Assembly: GCA_965219515.1 (NCBI GenBank)
Contig: OZ244776.1
Span: forward strand, 891,224-955,223
Direction: 5' to 3'
Origin: Ilyomonas sp.
GTDB lineage: Bacteria; Bacteroidota; Bacteroidia; Chitinophagales; Chitinophagaceae
DNA: 64,000 nt
Part shown: positions 30,421 to 39,585 of the stretch, one piece after another
How positions within the stretch are numbered: the stretch's first letter is position 1
Layout of the letters: the number at the start of each line of letters is the position of its first letter
Made by a program: the position numbers and the translations under genes
The notes under the pieces: generated by a model
What the model saw: only the letters and a program-made list of their open reading frames with translations
The model's database searches: none
Told to the model about the DNA's origin: nothing

Positions 30421-31008
30421 TTATTAAAAACGTTTTTCTTTTTTCTTTTTTTCTTTACCAGTATTTCAATCATTCTTTAAGACATAACAAAACAAAATAC
30501 GTTTTTTATTGCCTCATCATGTTTTACATTTTATAGCGAAATGTTTGCTCCATTAAATGAATTCCAATATTGAAATCTTTCTGAAAGCCTTTACTGCAAA
30601 GCATTTCATTAAAATAATTTTGCTTTCTGATTAAAGAATTTTAAGACGAATCATTGTTTCATATTGTGATGGTTTTATCGCAATTAAAGAGCAATAAAAA
30701 AGCAATTAAAGTTCGATTAATACTAAGGAGAATAGATAATCACAACAAAAGTTGACTATACATTTGTACTGCATTCAATATCAAAAAGAATATTTTTATT
30801 GTTGCCGTTTTATAAGCAGACATCCAATATCATCTTCTGCTTATCCAAATATCAAAATGGCAACCGATAAATAACATTGTATTTAATCAGTAAGGCATTA
30901 AAACCAATCTGAAAGGCTTTAGGTCCGTTCGGAAAGGCCAACTTTTTTCAAAATTCAGTAACCAATATCAGTAGCCGCCAGGCTACATCATCCAAAACAA
31001 TATCTATT

Positions 31009-34000
31009 ATGAAAAAGGTTCTATTTTCTATCCTGCTGCTTCATCTTGCGATGATTGTAAATGCGGCTACGTACTATTTTTCTACCTCTTCAGGAGACGA
31101 TGCAAGAACATCAGAACAGGCACAAAACTCGGCCACACCCTGGAAGACAATTGGAAAACTGAACGTCATCATGTACACGCTAAAACCCGGTGATAAAGTT
31201 TGTTTTAAACGTGGCGAGACATTCGATGGAACCATCAATATCACGGTGTCAGGCTCAGGCGATTCACCCATTGTTTTTGCCGGTTACGGAAACGGGGAAC
31301 GCCCTGTTATCAATGGTTTCGCAACGCTTACCAATTGGGTTCAGTCGCGTAGTAATGTGTGGGAAGCCAATTTCTCGCCGGCTCCGGGGTCAACCAATAT
31401 GGTTGTCATGAACAACCAGCAGCAGGCGATTGGTCGTTATCCAAACCGGAATACGGGCAATGAAGGCTATTTATCAATCAACTCTGTGTATGGTTCTTCG
31501 CAAATTTCAAGCAACCAGCTTTCGTCTTCACCAAACTGGACAGGCGGCGAAGTGGTAATTAGAAAAGTTCGTTGGGTTATAGATAGGAACACAATTACGG
31601 CTCATAACGGAAACACGCTTACTTTTATTTCGGGATCGGGTTTCACCTCGTCCGTTGATTACGGATTTTTTATTCAAAACCACACCAACACACTTGATCA
31701 GAACGGCGAATGGTACTATGACAACAACCGTAAGAAGCTGCAAATGTATTTCAGTACCAATAATCCATCAGCTTACTCTATCAAAGGTAGCGTAACAGCT
31801 ACCTTGGTTTCAGCCATCAATCAAAGCAATATCAATTTTAGAAATCTGGCTTTTATAGGTGCCAATGCCAACACATTTTATTTCAGCGGTTGTAGTAACA
31901 TTTTAATTAATAATTGCGATATTAATTACTCCGGCGGAAATGCTATAATGGCTATTAATTCTCCTTATTTAACTTTTACTAACTCAGCTATCAGCAATAC
32001 TAACAATAATGCCGTTTACCTGCAAAGCAATTGCAACAATGCGTTGATTAAAAACAATGTAATAAGAAACACATCTGTAATAGCGGGTATGGGTCAAAGT
32101 GATGCAGATACCTATCAGGCTATTATTGTAAGAGGTGATTATGGTTTGGTTGAGTACAATAAAATTGATAGCTCAGGTTTTAACCCCATTCAATTTCGGG
32201 GTGATTACACAACGATAAAAAACAATTATATCAATACATTTAATTATATAAAAGATGATGGTGCGGGTATTTATAACGGGTTAGGCGGATTAGATAAAAC
32301 GGTGTATCACAGCGGGTTGATTACAGGAAACATCATCTTAAACGGAATTGGTGCTACGGCAGGCACAAAGGAGGTTTTATTGCCGCAGAGCGCTGGTATT
32401 TATTTGGATGATAACTCCAACCACATTACCGTTACCGGAAATACCATAGCCGGTTGTGCATTTGCAGGCATCAACAATCACAACGGTCATGAGCTTACCA
32501 TCACCGGTAATACCATGTACAACAACAGGCTTTCTCAATTTCGTGAAACACGTGATTACATTTCACCGAATCCGGTCAGAAATTGTACGGTTACTAACAA
32601 TATCATGTTTTCAAAAGACGCCTCGCAACTTGCAAGCAGTGTAAACAGTATTGAAAATGATATTTCGCAGTTCGGAAGATTCGACAGCAATCATTACTGC
32701 CGCCCGATAGATGACAATTTTGTCATGTATTATTCTTATATATTGAATGGTTCATGGGTTTCTAATTATACAAATCTCGCCGGCTGGAAAGCAAGGTTTG
32801 GTGTCGACGCCAAATCAACCGGGGCACCCGTTATTGTGCCGGCTTCCATCATCAATTCTATTAGCGGCATTAATAAATATGCCAATGGATATTATACCAA
32901 AGATGTATCAAATGTGTATGGCTATTCAACAGTCAGCGATATTGCAACCACATGGAATGCAGGTAAATTAGATGCAGGCACGCTTGAAGTATCTGCCAGA
33001 AATTATGCAGCAAGCAGTAATAATTTTCTCCTGAATCTTCCCGTTGGCGCTGTAACTGCCGGCAAAAGCTACATGCTTTCGTTTACCGTGCTTGGCGCGA
33101 ACAGCGACAGAACGTTGGATGTTTATTTAAGAAAAATCGGCTCACCTTACACTGAGCTAACGCAAAGAACAAAAATTGCAATTACGCCCAATCGTACCAA
33201 TTATCAGTTTGGTCTGGTGCCAACAAACGGTGATGACGCTTCTTGCGTTTTGCTGGAATATAGCCAGGTTAATGGTCCGATGTGGATAGACAATGTAGAA
33301 CTGCAGGAAGCCAGTGTAACTAAAACCAATCCGGATGATTACATCGTGTTTCAATATAATGCTACAAAAAAGGTTATGAAATTTAACCTCACTGGTACTT
33401 ACTACGATGCAAAAGGAGCTATCTATACAGGTAAAGTTTCTTTGCAGCCATTTACCTCAGTTGTATTAACGAAGCAAACTGCTAACAGCCAGTTTAAAAT
33501 CAGCAGCGATGCCTCGCTTCAGGCGATTGGTTTACAGGGTAATCTGATAAATGCTTCAGCCGGCGCTTCCGCTTCAACATCAGCCAGTCTTAACTGGCAG
33601 GTAGAAAACCAAAAAATAAATACATCGCGTTATGAAGTGGAAAGATCATCAGATGCGGTTCATTTTACATCGGTTGGAAACGCTTCCGTTAAAGAAAATG
33701 TTTCTTCTGTAAATTATGAATTTACTGATCTGAAGCCTGCAGCCGGAAAGAATTATTATCGCATCCGCCAGTACGATGAAAAAGGAACATACGCTTTTAG
33801 TAAAGTGGTGATGATTAACAATATAAGCTTTAAAATAAACCCCAACCCGGCTCATGATGTTGTGCATGTAATGTTTGATCAGATGATAACGGCAGATGAT
33901 CATCTCGCCAAAGAAATCGTTATCCGCAGTGCAACAGGCGTTGTTGTAAAAACCATACAATTGGCTTCTACCGATAATCTGAATAAGGTTGACATCAATG

Positions 34001-34083
34001 TATCGTCTCTTACGAATGGCATGTATTCGCTAAGCCTGACATCGGAAGGACAAAGCTTCAGCAAACCGTTCTTAAAACAATAG
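31009..34083 (+). CDS. secreted right-handed parallel beta-helix protein with T9SS type-A C-terminal sorting domain (paralog 2)
   Basis: 1024 aa, colinear with 27280..30351. Shares the same signal peptide/cap, beta-helix, beta-sandwich and YEVERSSD...NYYRIRQYDEKG domain. Ends with the T9SS CTD INPNPAHDVVHV...GMYSLSLTSEGQSFSKPFLKQ. Confidence 0.85.
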   Translation: MKKVLFSILLLHLAMIVNAATYYFSTSSGDDARTSEQAQNSATPWKTIGKLNVIMYTLKPGDKVCFKRGETFDGTINITVSGSGDSPIVFAGYGNGERPVINGFATLTNWVQSRSNVWEANFSPAPGSTNMVVMNNQQQAIGRYPNRNTGNEGYLSINSVYGSSQISSNQLSSSPNWTGGEVVIRKVRWVIDRNTITAHNGNTLTFISGSGFTSSVDYGFFIQNHTNTLDQNGEWYYDNNRKKLQMYFSTNNPSAYSIKGSVTATLVSAINQSNINFRNLAFIGANANTFYFSGCSNILINNCDINYSGGNAIMAINSPYLTFTNSAISNTNNNAVYLQSNCNNALIKNNVIRNTSVIAGMGQSDADTYQAIIVRGDYGLVEYNKIDSSGFNPIQFRGDYTTIKNNYINTFNYIKDDGAGIYNGLGGLDKTVYHSGLITGNIILNGIGATAGTKEVLLPQSAGIYLDDNSNHITVTGNTIAGCAFAGINNHNGHELTITGNTMYNNRLSQFRETRDYISPNPVRNCTVTNNIMFSKDASQLASSVNSIENDISQFGRFDSNHYCRPIDDNFVMYYSYILNGSWVSNYTNLAGWKARFGVDAKSTGAPVIVPASIINSISGINKYANGYYTKDVSNVYGYSTVSDIATTWNAGKLDAGTLEVSARNYAASSNNFLLNLPVGAVTAGKSYMLSFTVLGANSDRTLDVYLRKIGSPYTELTQRTKIAITPNRTNYQFGLVPTNGDDASCVLLEYSQVNGPMWIDNVELQEASVTKTNPDDYIVFQYNATKKVMKFNLTGTYYDAKGAIYTGKVSLQPFTSVVLTKQTANSQFKISSDASLQAIGLQGNLINASAGASASTSASLNWQVENQKINTSRYEVERSSDAVHFTSVGNASVKENVSSVNYEFTDLKPAAGKNYYRIRQYDEKGTYAFSKVVMINNISFKINPNPAHDVVHVMFDQMITADDHLAKEIVIRSATGVVVKTIQLASTDNLNKVDINVSSLTNGMYSLSLTSEGQSFSKPFLKQ

Positions 34084-34105
34084 TTGTTGTTTATTACATA
34101 TAAAA

Positions 34106-34146
34106 AACTCCGGCGCTGTTTAATACAACAGCGCCGGAGTTTTTTG
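34106..34146 (+). terminator. rho-independent terminator after paralog 2
   Basis: Perfect 15-bp GC-rich stem AACTCCGGCGCTGTT (34106-34120) / AACAGCGCCGGAGTT (34127-34141) with loop TAATAC, then TTTTG. Confidence 0.8.
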
Positions 34147-34203
34147 TCTTGCCACCCAAAATTGACTAACAAAGATTTATAAATACTTTATCATAAACCA
34201 GAT

Positions 34204-34241
34204 AAAAAAAAGAATGATTTATTTCAAAATCATTCTTTTTT
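34204..34241 (-). terminator. terminator at the 3' end of the polysaccharide operon
   Basis: 10-bp stem AGAATGATTT (34211-34220) / AAATCATTCT (34227-34236) with loop ATTTCA. Flanked by an A7 run and a T-run. Lies 7 nt past the stop of the last operon gene. The stem is AT-rich, so of moderate strength. Confidence 0.55.
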
Positions 34242-34247
34242 CATTCT

Positions 34248-35003
34248 TTACGCAGGTTGCTTTTTCAGCCCGAACATCATCAAAGCGAGATGCCGGAAAA
34301 ACAGCATCTGATTACCGATATTACGTTTGAATATTTCCGGTCGCAAAAAGATTCTTATCAGCCATGCCATCCTGATTTTAAAATAAAACGGATGAATTTC
34401 TTTTTGTGTTCCGGCATACCAGTCAAACACGTTTCCAATGCTAACAATTAAACCGGAGTTAAGTTTGTCTTTATGTGCAAATGACCATTTTTCCTGTTTT
34501 GGAGCTGTCATTCCAATAAAAACAACATCAGGCTTACAGGCATTAATGGCATCAACCATTTTTTGATTGTCTGCCTCCGAAAACTCTGATTTAAACGGCG
34601 GCGAATAGGTTATAACCGTAAGGTTAGGATACTCTTTTGCAGCTCGGTCAGTTATCTTTTGCAGAACGCTTTCTGAGGAGCCAAGAAAAAATATTTTTCC
34701 TGACGTCTCATTCAATCTAGACATGAAATGCTTAAAAACGTCCGGTCCCTGGTTTTTTTGTATGTTTTTTCCCTTCAGAAAAATGGACGCAAGGGCAAAA
34801 TAAACACCATCAAGCACCAGAAAATCCGTATTCTTTAAAACATTTTTAAATTCCGGATCTTTGGTAGCGAGTCCATAATTGTTGGGGCTGATGCTGCAAT
34901 TGATGGCTCTGCATGTTTCTGCCTGTACCGGAATTTTAAACAATGTATCTGAAAAAACTTTGTATCCTAAAACGGAAACAGAGTTATAATCATGGGTCAT
35001 CAT
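34248..35003 (-). CDS. WecB/TagA/CpsF family (GT26) glycosyltransferase
   Basis: 251 aa. LVLDGVYFALAS...IFFLGSSESVLQK...CKPDVVFIGMTAPKQEKW...VSIGNVFDWYAG follows the GT26 pattern. Confidence 0.85.
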   Translation of the reverse strand: MMTHDYNSVSVLGYKVFSDTLFKIPVQAETCRAINCSISPNNYGLATKDPEFKNVLKNTDFLVLDGVYFALASIFLKGKNIQKNQGPDVFKHFMSRLNETSGKIFFLGSSESVLQKITDRAAKEYPNLTVITYSPPFKSEFSEADNQKMVDAINACKPDVVFIGMTAPKQEKWSFAHKDKLNSGLIVSIGNVFDWYAGTQKEIHPFYFKIRMAWLIRIFLRPEIFKRNIGNQMLFFRHLALMMFGLKKQPA

Positions 35004-35037
35004 TTCAAATTTTTATCAATAAATGCAATTATTTGGT

Positions 35038-36057
35038 TTAGTCGGCCATTGCAAAGTCTGCCTCAGGCACCATGGTACTAATCCATTCGTATGTTTTGGC
35101 AAGACCATCTATCAACGGCGCAGATACTTCCCATCCGAGTTTGCTCTTAAAAAGCCTGTTGTCAGACCTTCTTCCTCTTACGCCCAACGGGCATTTAAAG
35201 CCATATTTTTGAATAAATTCTTCGCCATAAATATTTTTTACAAAAACATTTTTGCCCGAAATATCAATGGCCATCTGCGCAAGCTGATTAATGGTAACCA
35301 TTTCTTCCGAACCAATATTTACCGGTCCGGTAAAGTCAGATTTCATTAAAGCAAGCACCGCTTTTACACATTCGTCAATGTATAAAAAAGAACGCGTTTG
35401 CAATCCGTCGCCCCACACTTCAAACGCATCTCCATCGGGCGTTTCAGCCGCTTTACGAAGCATGGCGGCAGGCGCTTTTTCTTTACCGCCCTTCCAGGTT
35501 CCCTGCGGCCCGAATATGTTGTGAAATCTGGCAATACGCACATCCAATCCAAAATTTCGCTGAAAGGCAAGAAACAGTCTTTCGCTGAACAATTTTTCCC
35601 AGCCGTATTCTGAATCGGGATTAGCAGGATAAGCCGAACTTTCTTCACAGTTGGGGTTGTTTGGATCCATCTGATTGTTTTCGGGATACATGCACGCGGA
35701 AGAAGAATAAAACAATTTTTTTATACCCTTTGCAACCGACTCTTTGGCTACATTCAGGTTGATGATGGCAGAGTTATGCATCACGTTCGCATCGTTTTGA
35801 CCTGTAAAAATATAACCTGCGCCACCCATATCGGCAGCCAGTTGATATACTTCTTCGTACCCTTCCCCGATAACAACTTCAACTATCTTCGGGTCTGTAA
35901 GATCGCCAAGAATAAATTCGTTGCATATTTCTTTGTGATCGAAATATTCATGATTTTTAATATCGCAGACTCTCACATAGCAGCCATCCTGTTTTAACTT
36001 TTTAGCCAGATGGCCGCCGATAAAACCGCCACCGCCTAATACAATTACTTTTTTCAT
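35038..36057 (-). CDS. GDP-mannose 3,5-epimerase-like SDR (NAD-dependent epimerase)
   Basis: Has GGGGFIGGHL Rossmann, SSACMYPE, YGWEKL (YxxxK), ARFHNIFGPQGTWKGGKEKAPAAMLRKA and VWGDGLQTRSFLYIDECV. The last two blocks are near-identical to plant GME as I remember it (GRFHNIYGPFGTWKGGREKAPAAFCRK; WGDGLQTRSF). Confidence 0.8.
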   Translation of the reverse strand: MKKVIVLGGGGFIGGHLAKKLKQDGCYVRVCDIKNHEYFDHKEICNEFILGDLTDPKIVEVVIGEGYEEVYQLAADMGGAGYIFTGQNDANVMHNSAIINLNVAKESVAKGIKKLFYSSSACMYPENNQMDPNNPNCEESSAYPANPDSEYGWEKLFSERLFLAFQRNFGLDVRIARFHNIFGPQGTWKGGKEKAPAAMLRKAAETPDGDAFEVWGDGLQTRSFLYIDECVKAVLALMKSDFTGPVNIGSEEMVTINQLAQMAIDISGKNVFVKNIYGEEFIQKYGFKCPLGVRGRRSDNRLFKSKLGWEVSAPLIDGLAKTYEWISTMVPEADFAMAD

Positions 36058-36242
36058 TCTTGTTTGGTTTGTTGTAAATAATTAGAATTTGAATTATGAA
36101 ATGGATTTTAAAAGAAACTATTTTAATGGTTGTATTGGCTTATTCCCAGATCCAAAAAACATCTGTGTTTTGGTTTTGTTCCTTCGTCGGAAAATCAAAT
36201 AAGATGTTATCAAACTTCTAACCAAAATATCGTTTTTATAAA

Positions 36243-37454
36243 TTATTTGATTGTTAATGCCGTTTCGTTTACATTTTTCTTATTCGTTTTCTCAAATATG
36301 GTCTTTAGCCTTTTTTCAATTTCACTGATATTAACAATCAGGTTTAGCTTTTCACCCTGTTTGAAATTTTTTGCCCGGGCATCAGATTTACAAATCAGAT
36401 AATCGTAATGAAGACCCACTTTATTCGCCAGGTCGTTAAAGAATGGTTGCGTAAAATCTTTTGCCATCAATTCAATCACATTTGTGTTTTCTCTGGCAAA
36501 CACAAGATTCGCCTGCCCTGCACCGATGGTAGCGATAATAATTTTTGCATTTGCAAACAAACTTACTTTTTCGGTAAAAGAGAGTTTCGACAATTCAAAC
36601 GATTGAAAGTCATATTTAGTAAGCATTTTAAACAGTTCGGGTTCGTTTAAGACGCGCCGTTTAGCCGAGTCGTTCCGGCTGATGTACACATAGGGACAAT
36701 TGTATTTTTGTATGCTGTTTTGCAAAAATTCCTGCCGCAAAAAGTTGCAGCACCAAGATGGGATATGCTCATAATGCCGCACATAAGTAGTTGCAAACAA
36801 AGTATCTGCCTGAACATGATTGTTCACATCGCCTGCTATGATTTTACTTTTATCAATGCCCAGTTCATGCAAAATATCGCGATGAAAATCGTATTTCTGG
36901 CTTGGCACCAGAAACCAGTCAATTTTTTCGTACCAGCCGACTTTTTTAAGCATGGCAATCCGGGAAACCGAATCAATCAGAAAATGAGAATAATTTACGA
37001 TGCCGCCTTCGCCAATGAGCATGCTGAAAACATTGCCATCATATTTTTTTGGAATATTAAAGGCGTTTTGCCTGAAAATGCTATTTTTTGAAGGATCGCT
37101 GCTTTGCAGATCATACGAAAGCTCGCCGATTAAACGATTGTCGCCGCCGATGATGGCAATGCTGAAATTATTGTCGGTATGCGCACGCCCGTTGGGTATG
37201 GCAACCACTTTAGCCGCCGGAATTTGCGCTACAATGGTTGTATCAACATAACCGATAAACCGGCTTTTAAACTCTTCCTCTACGTTAAGATAAGAAGTAT
37301 AAGGCGCAAAAGCTACTTCGCAAGCGGCGTTGCTGTTGGCATCCAGATAGTCCTGTATTGTTTGATAAGCGGCTTTGGGTTTGTAACGTTTATTGCGGAT
37401 AAGAATACGGGTAAGCATTTTTTTAATCCGTCTGATAACTTTGCGTATAATCAT
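36243..37454 (-). CDS. GT61/DUF563-like glycosyltransferase
   Basis: 403 aa. NYSHFLIDSVSRIAMLKK...DWFLVPSQKYDFHRDILHELGI resembles the DUF563 core (xYxHWLxDxLPRL ... E.L..LGI). Confidence 0.6.
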   Translation of the reverse strand: MIIRKVIRRIKKMLTRILIRNKRYKPKAAYQTIQDYLDANSNAACEVAFAPYTSYLNVEEEFKSRFIGYVDTTIVAQIPAAKVVAIPNGRAHTDNNFSIAIIGGDNRLIGELSYDLQSSDPSKNSIFRQNAFNIPKKYDGNVFSMLIGEGGIVNYSHFLIDSVSRIAMLKKVGWYEKIDWFLVPSQKYDFHRDILHELGIDKSKIIAGDVNNHVQADTLFATTYVRHYEHIPSWCCNFLRQEFLQNSIQKYNCPYVYISRNDSAKRRVLNEPELFKMLTKYDFQSFELSKLSFTEKVSLFANAKIIIATIGAGQANLVFARENTNVIELMAKDFTQPFFNDLANKVGLHYDYLICKSDARAKNFKQGEKLNLIVNISEIEKRLKTIFEKTNKKNVNETALTIK

Positions 37455-37530
37455 ACAGAAAGGTTTGATTGTGAAGGGAAATTAGATAATTGGTTTAGAA
37501 GAAGCAAAATAAGGTTTTAAAATCGTTTTA

Positions 37531-38409
37531 CTAATTTATTACAGGTTGATGAATTCTGTCGTACTTATGAATCAGCGACACCGTTTCTTCAATATTATTT
37601 TTTGATGAGGCGCCAAATAAAATAGATTCAATATTCGGCAGGCTGCATACATATTCAATCGCTTCTTTTGCCGGTATGGCGCCTGCCGCGAGCACCTGCA
37701 TGGCAATTACCCTTACATTTCGGGTCGCCAGCGTTTCCTCGTAAAGTTCTCTGCCGCCCGACATTCTGAAATTCACTTTATTGATGGAAGCGCAAATCAC
37801 CGGATTTTCTATGCCCGTTTCTTCCAGCATATTCAGGAGTTTGGGAAGATTCATGGTAATAAAGCCGGCTTCTGCGTTGTATCGGTCGCGTATATAGTCG
37901 TAATATGCTTTTAAAACATCTTTCATACCTAAGCCAAGCAAAAGATCCGTTACAACGTTTTGCAGGAATATAACAGGTGTTTGTATTCCTTTAAACATTT
38001 TCATCTCCGAATCAATCATCAGTTGCATAATGGAAAAATAATCCTTCGAAAGATAAGCTACCCCGCCTTTCAACAGCGTGCCGAAAAAATTTCCCGGCAC
38101 ATACTGCTTAATGGTGCCCATCACACCAAGTTCGGTAACCGCATTGGCATATTTATGAGCATACGGCATACAGGGATAAATTTTATAATCTGCATATTTT
38201 TCAGAGTTTTCTTTTATATGATCGCAGATGCTTGCAATTCTATCGTGCGTAGTGCACATAAATGTATTAACGCCGGCATCCATGGCATAATCTAATGTTT
38301 TAATGATGGCGCTGTCATTTTTAAATTTGATAGATTGTGCCCGCGATTTTTCATCCGATATATGGTTTACCGCAAAAAATTGATTGTCGCCAAAAATGAT
38401 TCGCTCCAT
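37531..38409 (-). CDS. conserved-looking hypothetical protein, unknown function
   Basis: 292-aa ORF (MERIIFGDNQFFAVNHISDEKS...) with no TM segment and no motif I can place. Starts 5 nt after the oxidoreductase gene ends. Confidence 0.55.
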   Translation of the reverse strand: MERIIFGDNQFFAVNHISDEKSRAQSIKFKNDSAIIKTLDYAMDAGVNTFMCTTHDRIASICDHIKENSEKYADYKIYPCMPYAHKYANAVTELGVMGTIKQYVPGNFFGTLLKGGVAYLSKDYFSIMQLMIDSEMKMFKGIQTPVIFLQNVVTDLLLGLGMKDVLKAYYDYIRDRYNAEAGFITMNLPKLLNMLEETGIENPVICASINKVNFRMSGGRELYEETLATRNVRVIAMQVLAAGAIPAKEAIEYVCSLPNIESILFGASSKNNIEETVSLIHKYDRIHQPVIN

Positions 38410-38414
38410 AGCAG

Positions 38415-39431
38415 TTATTTTACATTGTTTTTTAGTAAAGATATTACCTTATCGGTATGCCAGGCACTTTGAAAGGTATTAATGGTATTCGGCACTTTTC
38501 GCTGAACCGCCTTTATAAAATAATCTACCTGAGCAGAGTATTCTTCGCCGCGAAGATAGAATTCAACCGGTTCAGTCAGGTCGGTAATGTATTTTACATT
38601 CCATCCTTTCGTATAGCCCTGGGGAAGATAGCCGGTTTTAAAATATACTTTTAATTCGTTGGCGTCGCAAATAATCTTTCCCTTGCTGCCCAGAATGGTT
38701 AGGGAGGTTGACATTTTCCGATACGTTTCATCACTCCAGTTTACAGATAAAGTACCGCTTATTTTAGACGATAATTCCAGCACGGAAAAAACAGAATCTT
38801 CTACATTTTTGGAATAGAACGATTTTAAAACAGTGCCTTTGACCTTCTCTACCGGGCTTATGGTGTAATTAATCAGGTCTATCACATGAGATGCATAATC
38901 CATCAGGCATCCGCCGCCTTCTTCAGGGTCTGACCGCCAGGTATCTTGTTTTGGTTTTATCACAACCGGCCCGTACGATTCACCCGTAAAATGAAATAAG
39001 TCGCCAATATAACCACCATCAAGTATCCGTTTTACTTCCTGAAAAGTACCGATAAATTTATTATGATAGCCAACCTGGTTTACCAGTTTTTTTCGTTCGG
39101 CAATGTCAACGAGTTCTTTACCTTCTTCCGGCGTAAGACATAACGGCTTTTCGGCAAATACGTGTTTTCCGTTTTCCAGTATTTTCTTTACCATTCTTGC
39201 ATGAAGTTTGGTAGGAACCGCTACGAATACCGCATCTGCTTTCGATTCTTTCAGCATGTCTTCATAATCGGAAAAAACGGGGAAAGATGTGTATTTTTTG
39301 AATACATCAAGCGTCATTTTAGAAGTATCGCTTACGCCAACCACTTCTACATCGGGATGAGCGCCTAAAATAGAAAGATGCGAAACGCCCATTTTACCCG
39401 CACCAATCAAACCTACTTTTACCATAAACAT
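38415..39431 (-). CDS. Gfo/Idh/MocA family NAD(P)-dependent oxidoreductase
   Basis: VKVGLIGAGKMG Rossmann start, an EKP motif (VFAEKPL), and typical length. Confidence 0.85.
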   Translation of the reverse strand: MFMVKVGLIGAGKMGVSHLSILGAHPDVEVVGVSDTSKMTLDVFKKYTSFPVFSDYEDMLKESKADAVFVAVPTKLHARMVKKILENGKHVFAEKPLCLTPEEGKELVDIAERKKLVNQVGYHNKFIGTFQEVKRILDGGYIGDLFHFTGESYGPVVIKPKQDTWRSDPEEGGGCLMDYASHVIDLINYTISPVEKVKGTVLKSFYSKNVEDSVFSVLELSSKISGTLSVNWSDETYRKMSTSLTILGSKGKIICDANELKVYFKTGYLPQGYTKGWNVKYITDLTEPVEFYLRGEEYSAQVDYFIKAVQRKVPNTINTFQSAWHTDKVISLLKNNVK

Positions 39432-39585
39432 GTATTTTTTAAGGAAAAAATTATACCTGGATAATTTCTAACATTTATTTGGTTTTTAATTAAGTTCATC
39501 CTTTGTATTTAATCAGTATATCATTGAGTTATTATCCAAAATTGATATTTTCAGAAATAAACTACGAGAATTTCTGATTGTGAGA

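Noticed and set aside
27280-34083. Possibility that the two paralogs are a diversity-generating retroelement target/template pair, or a recent duplication with gene conversion.
   Set aside because: The window holds no reverse transcriptase and no short template repeat. Differences are spread over the whole length, including synonymous sites, rather than being confined to adenine positions in one variable region.
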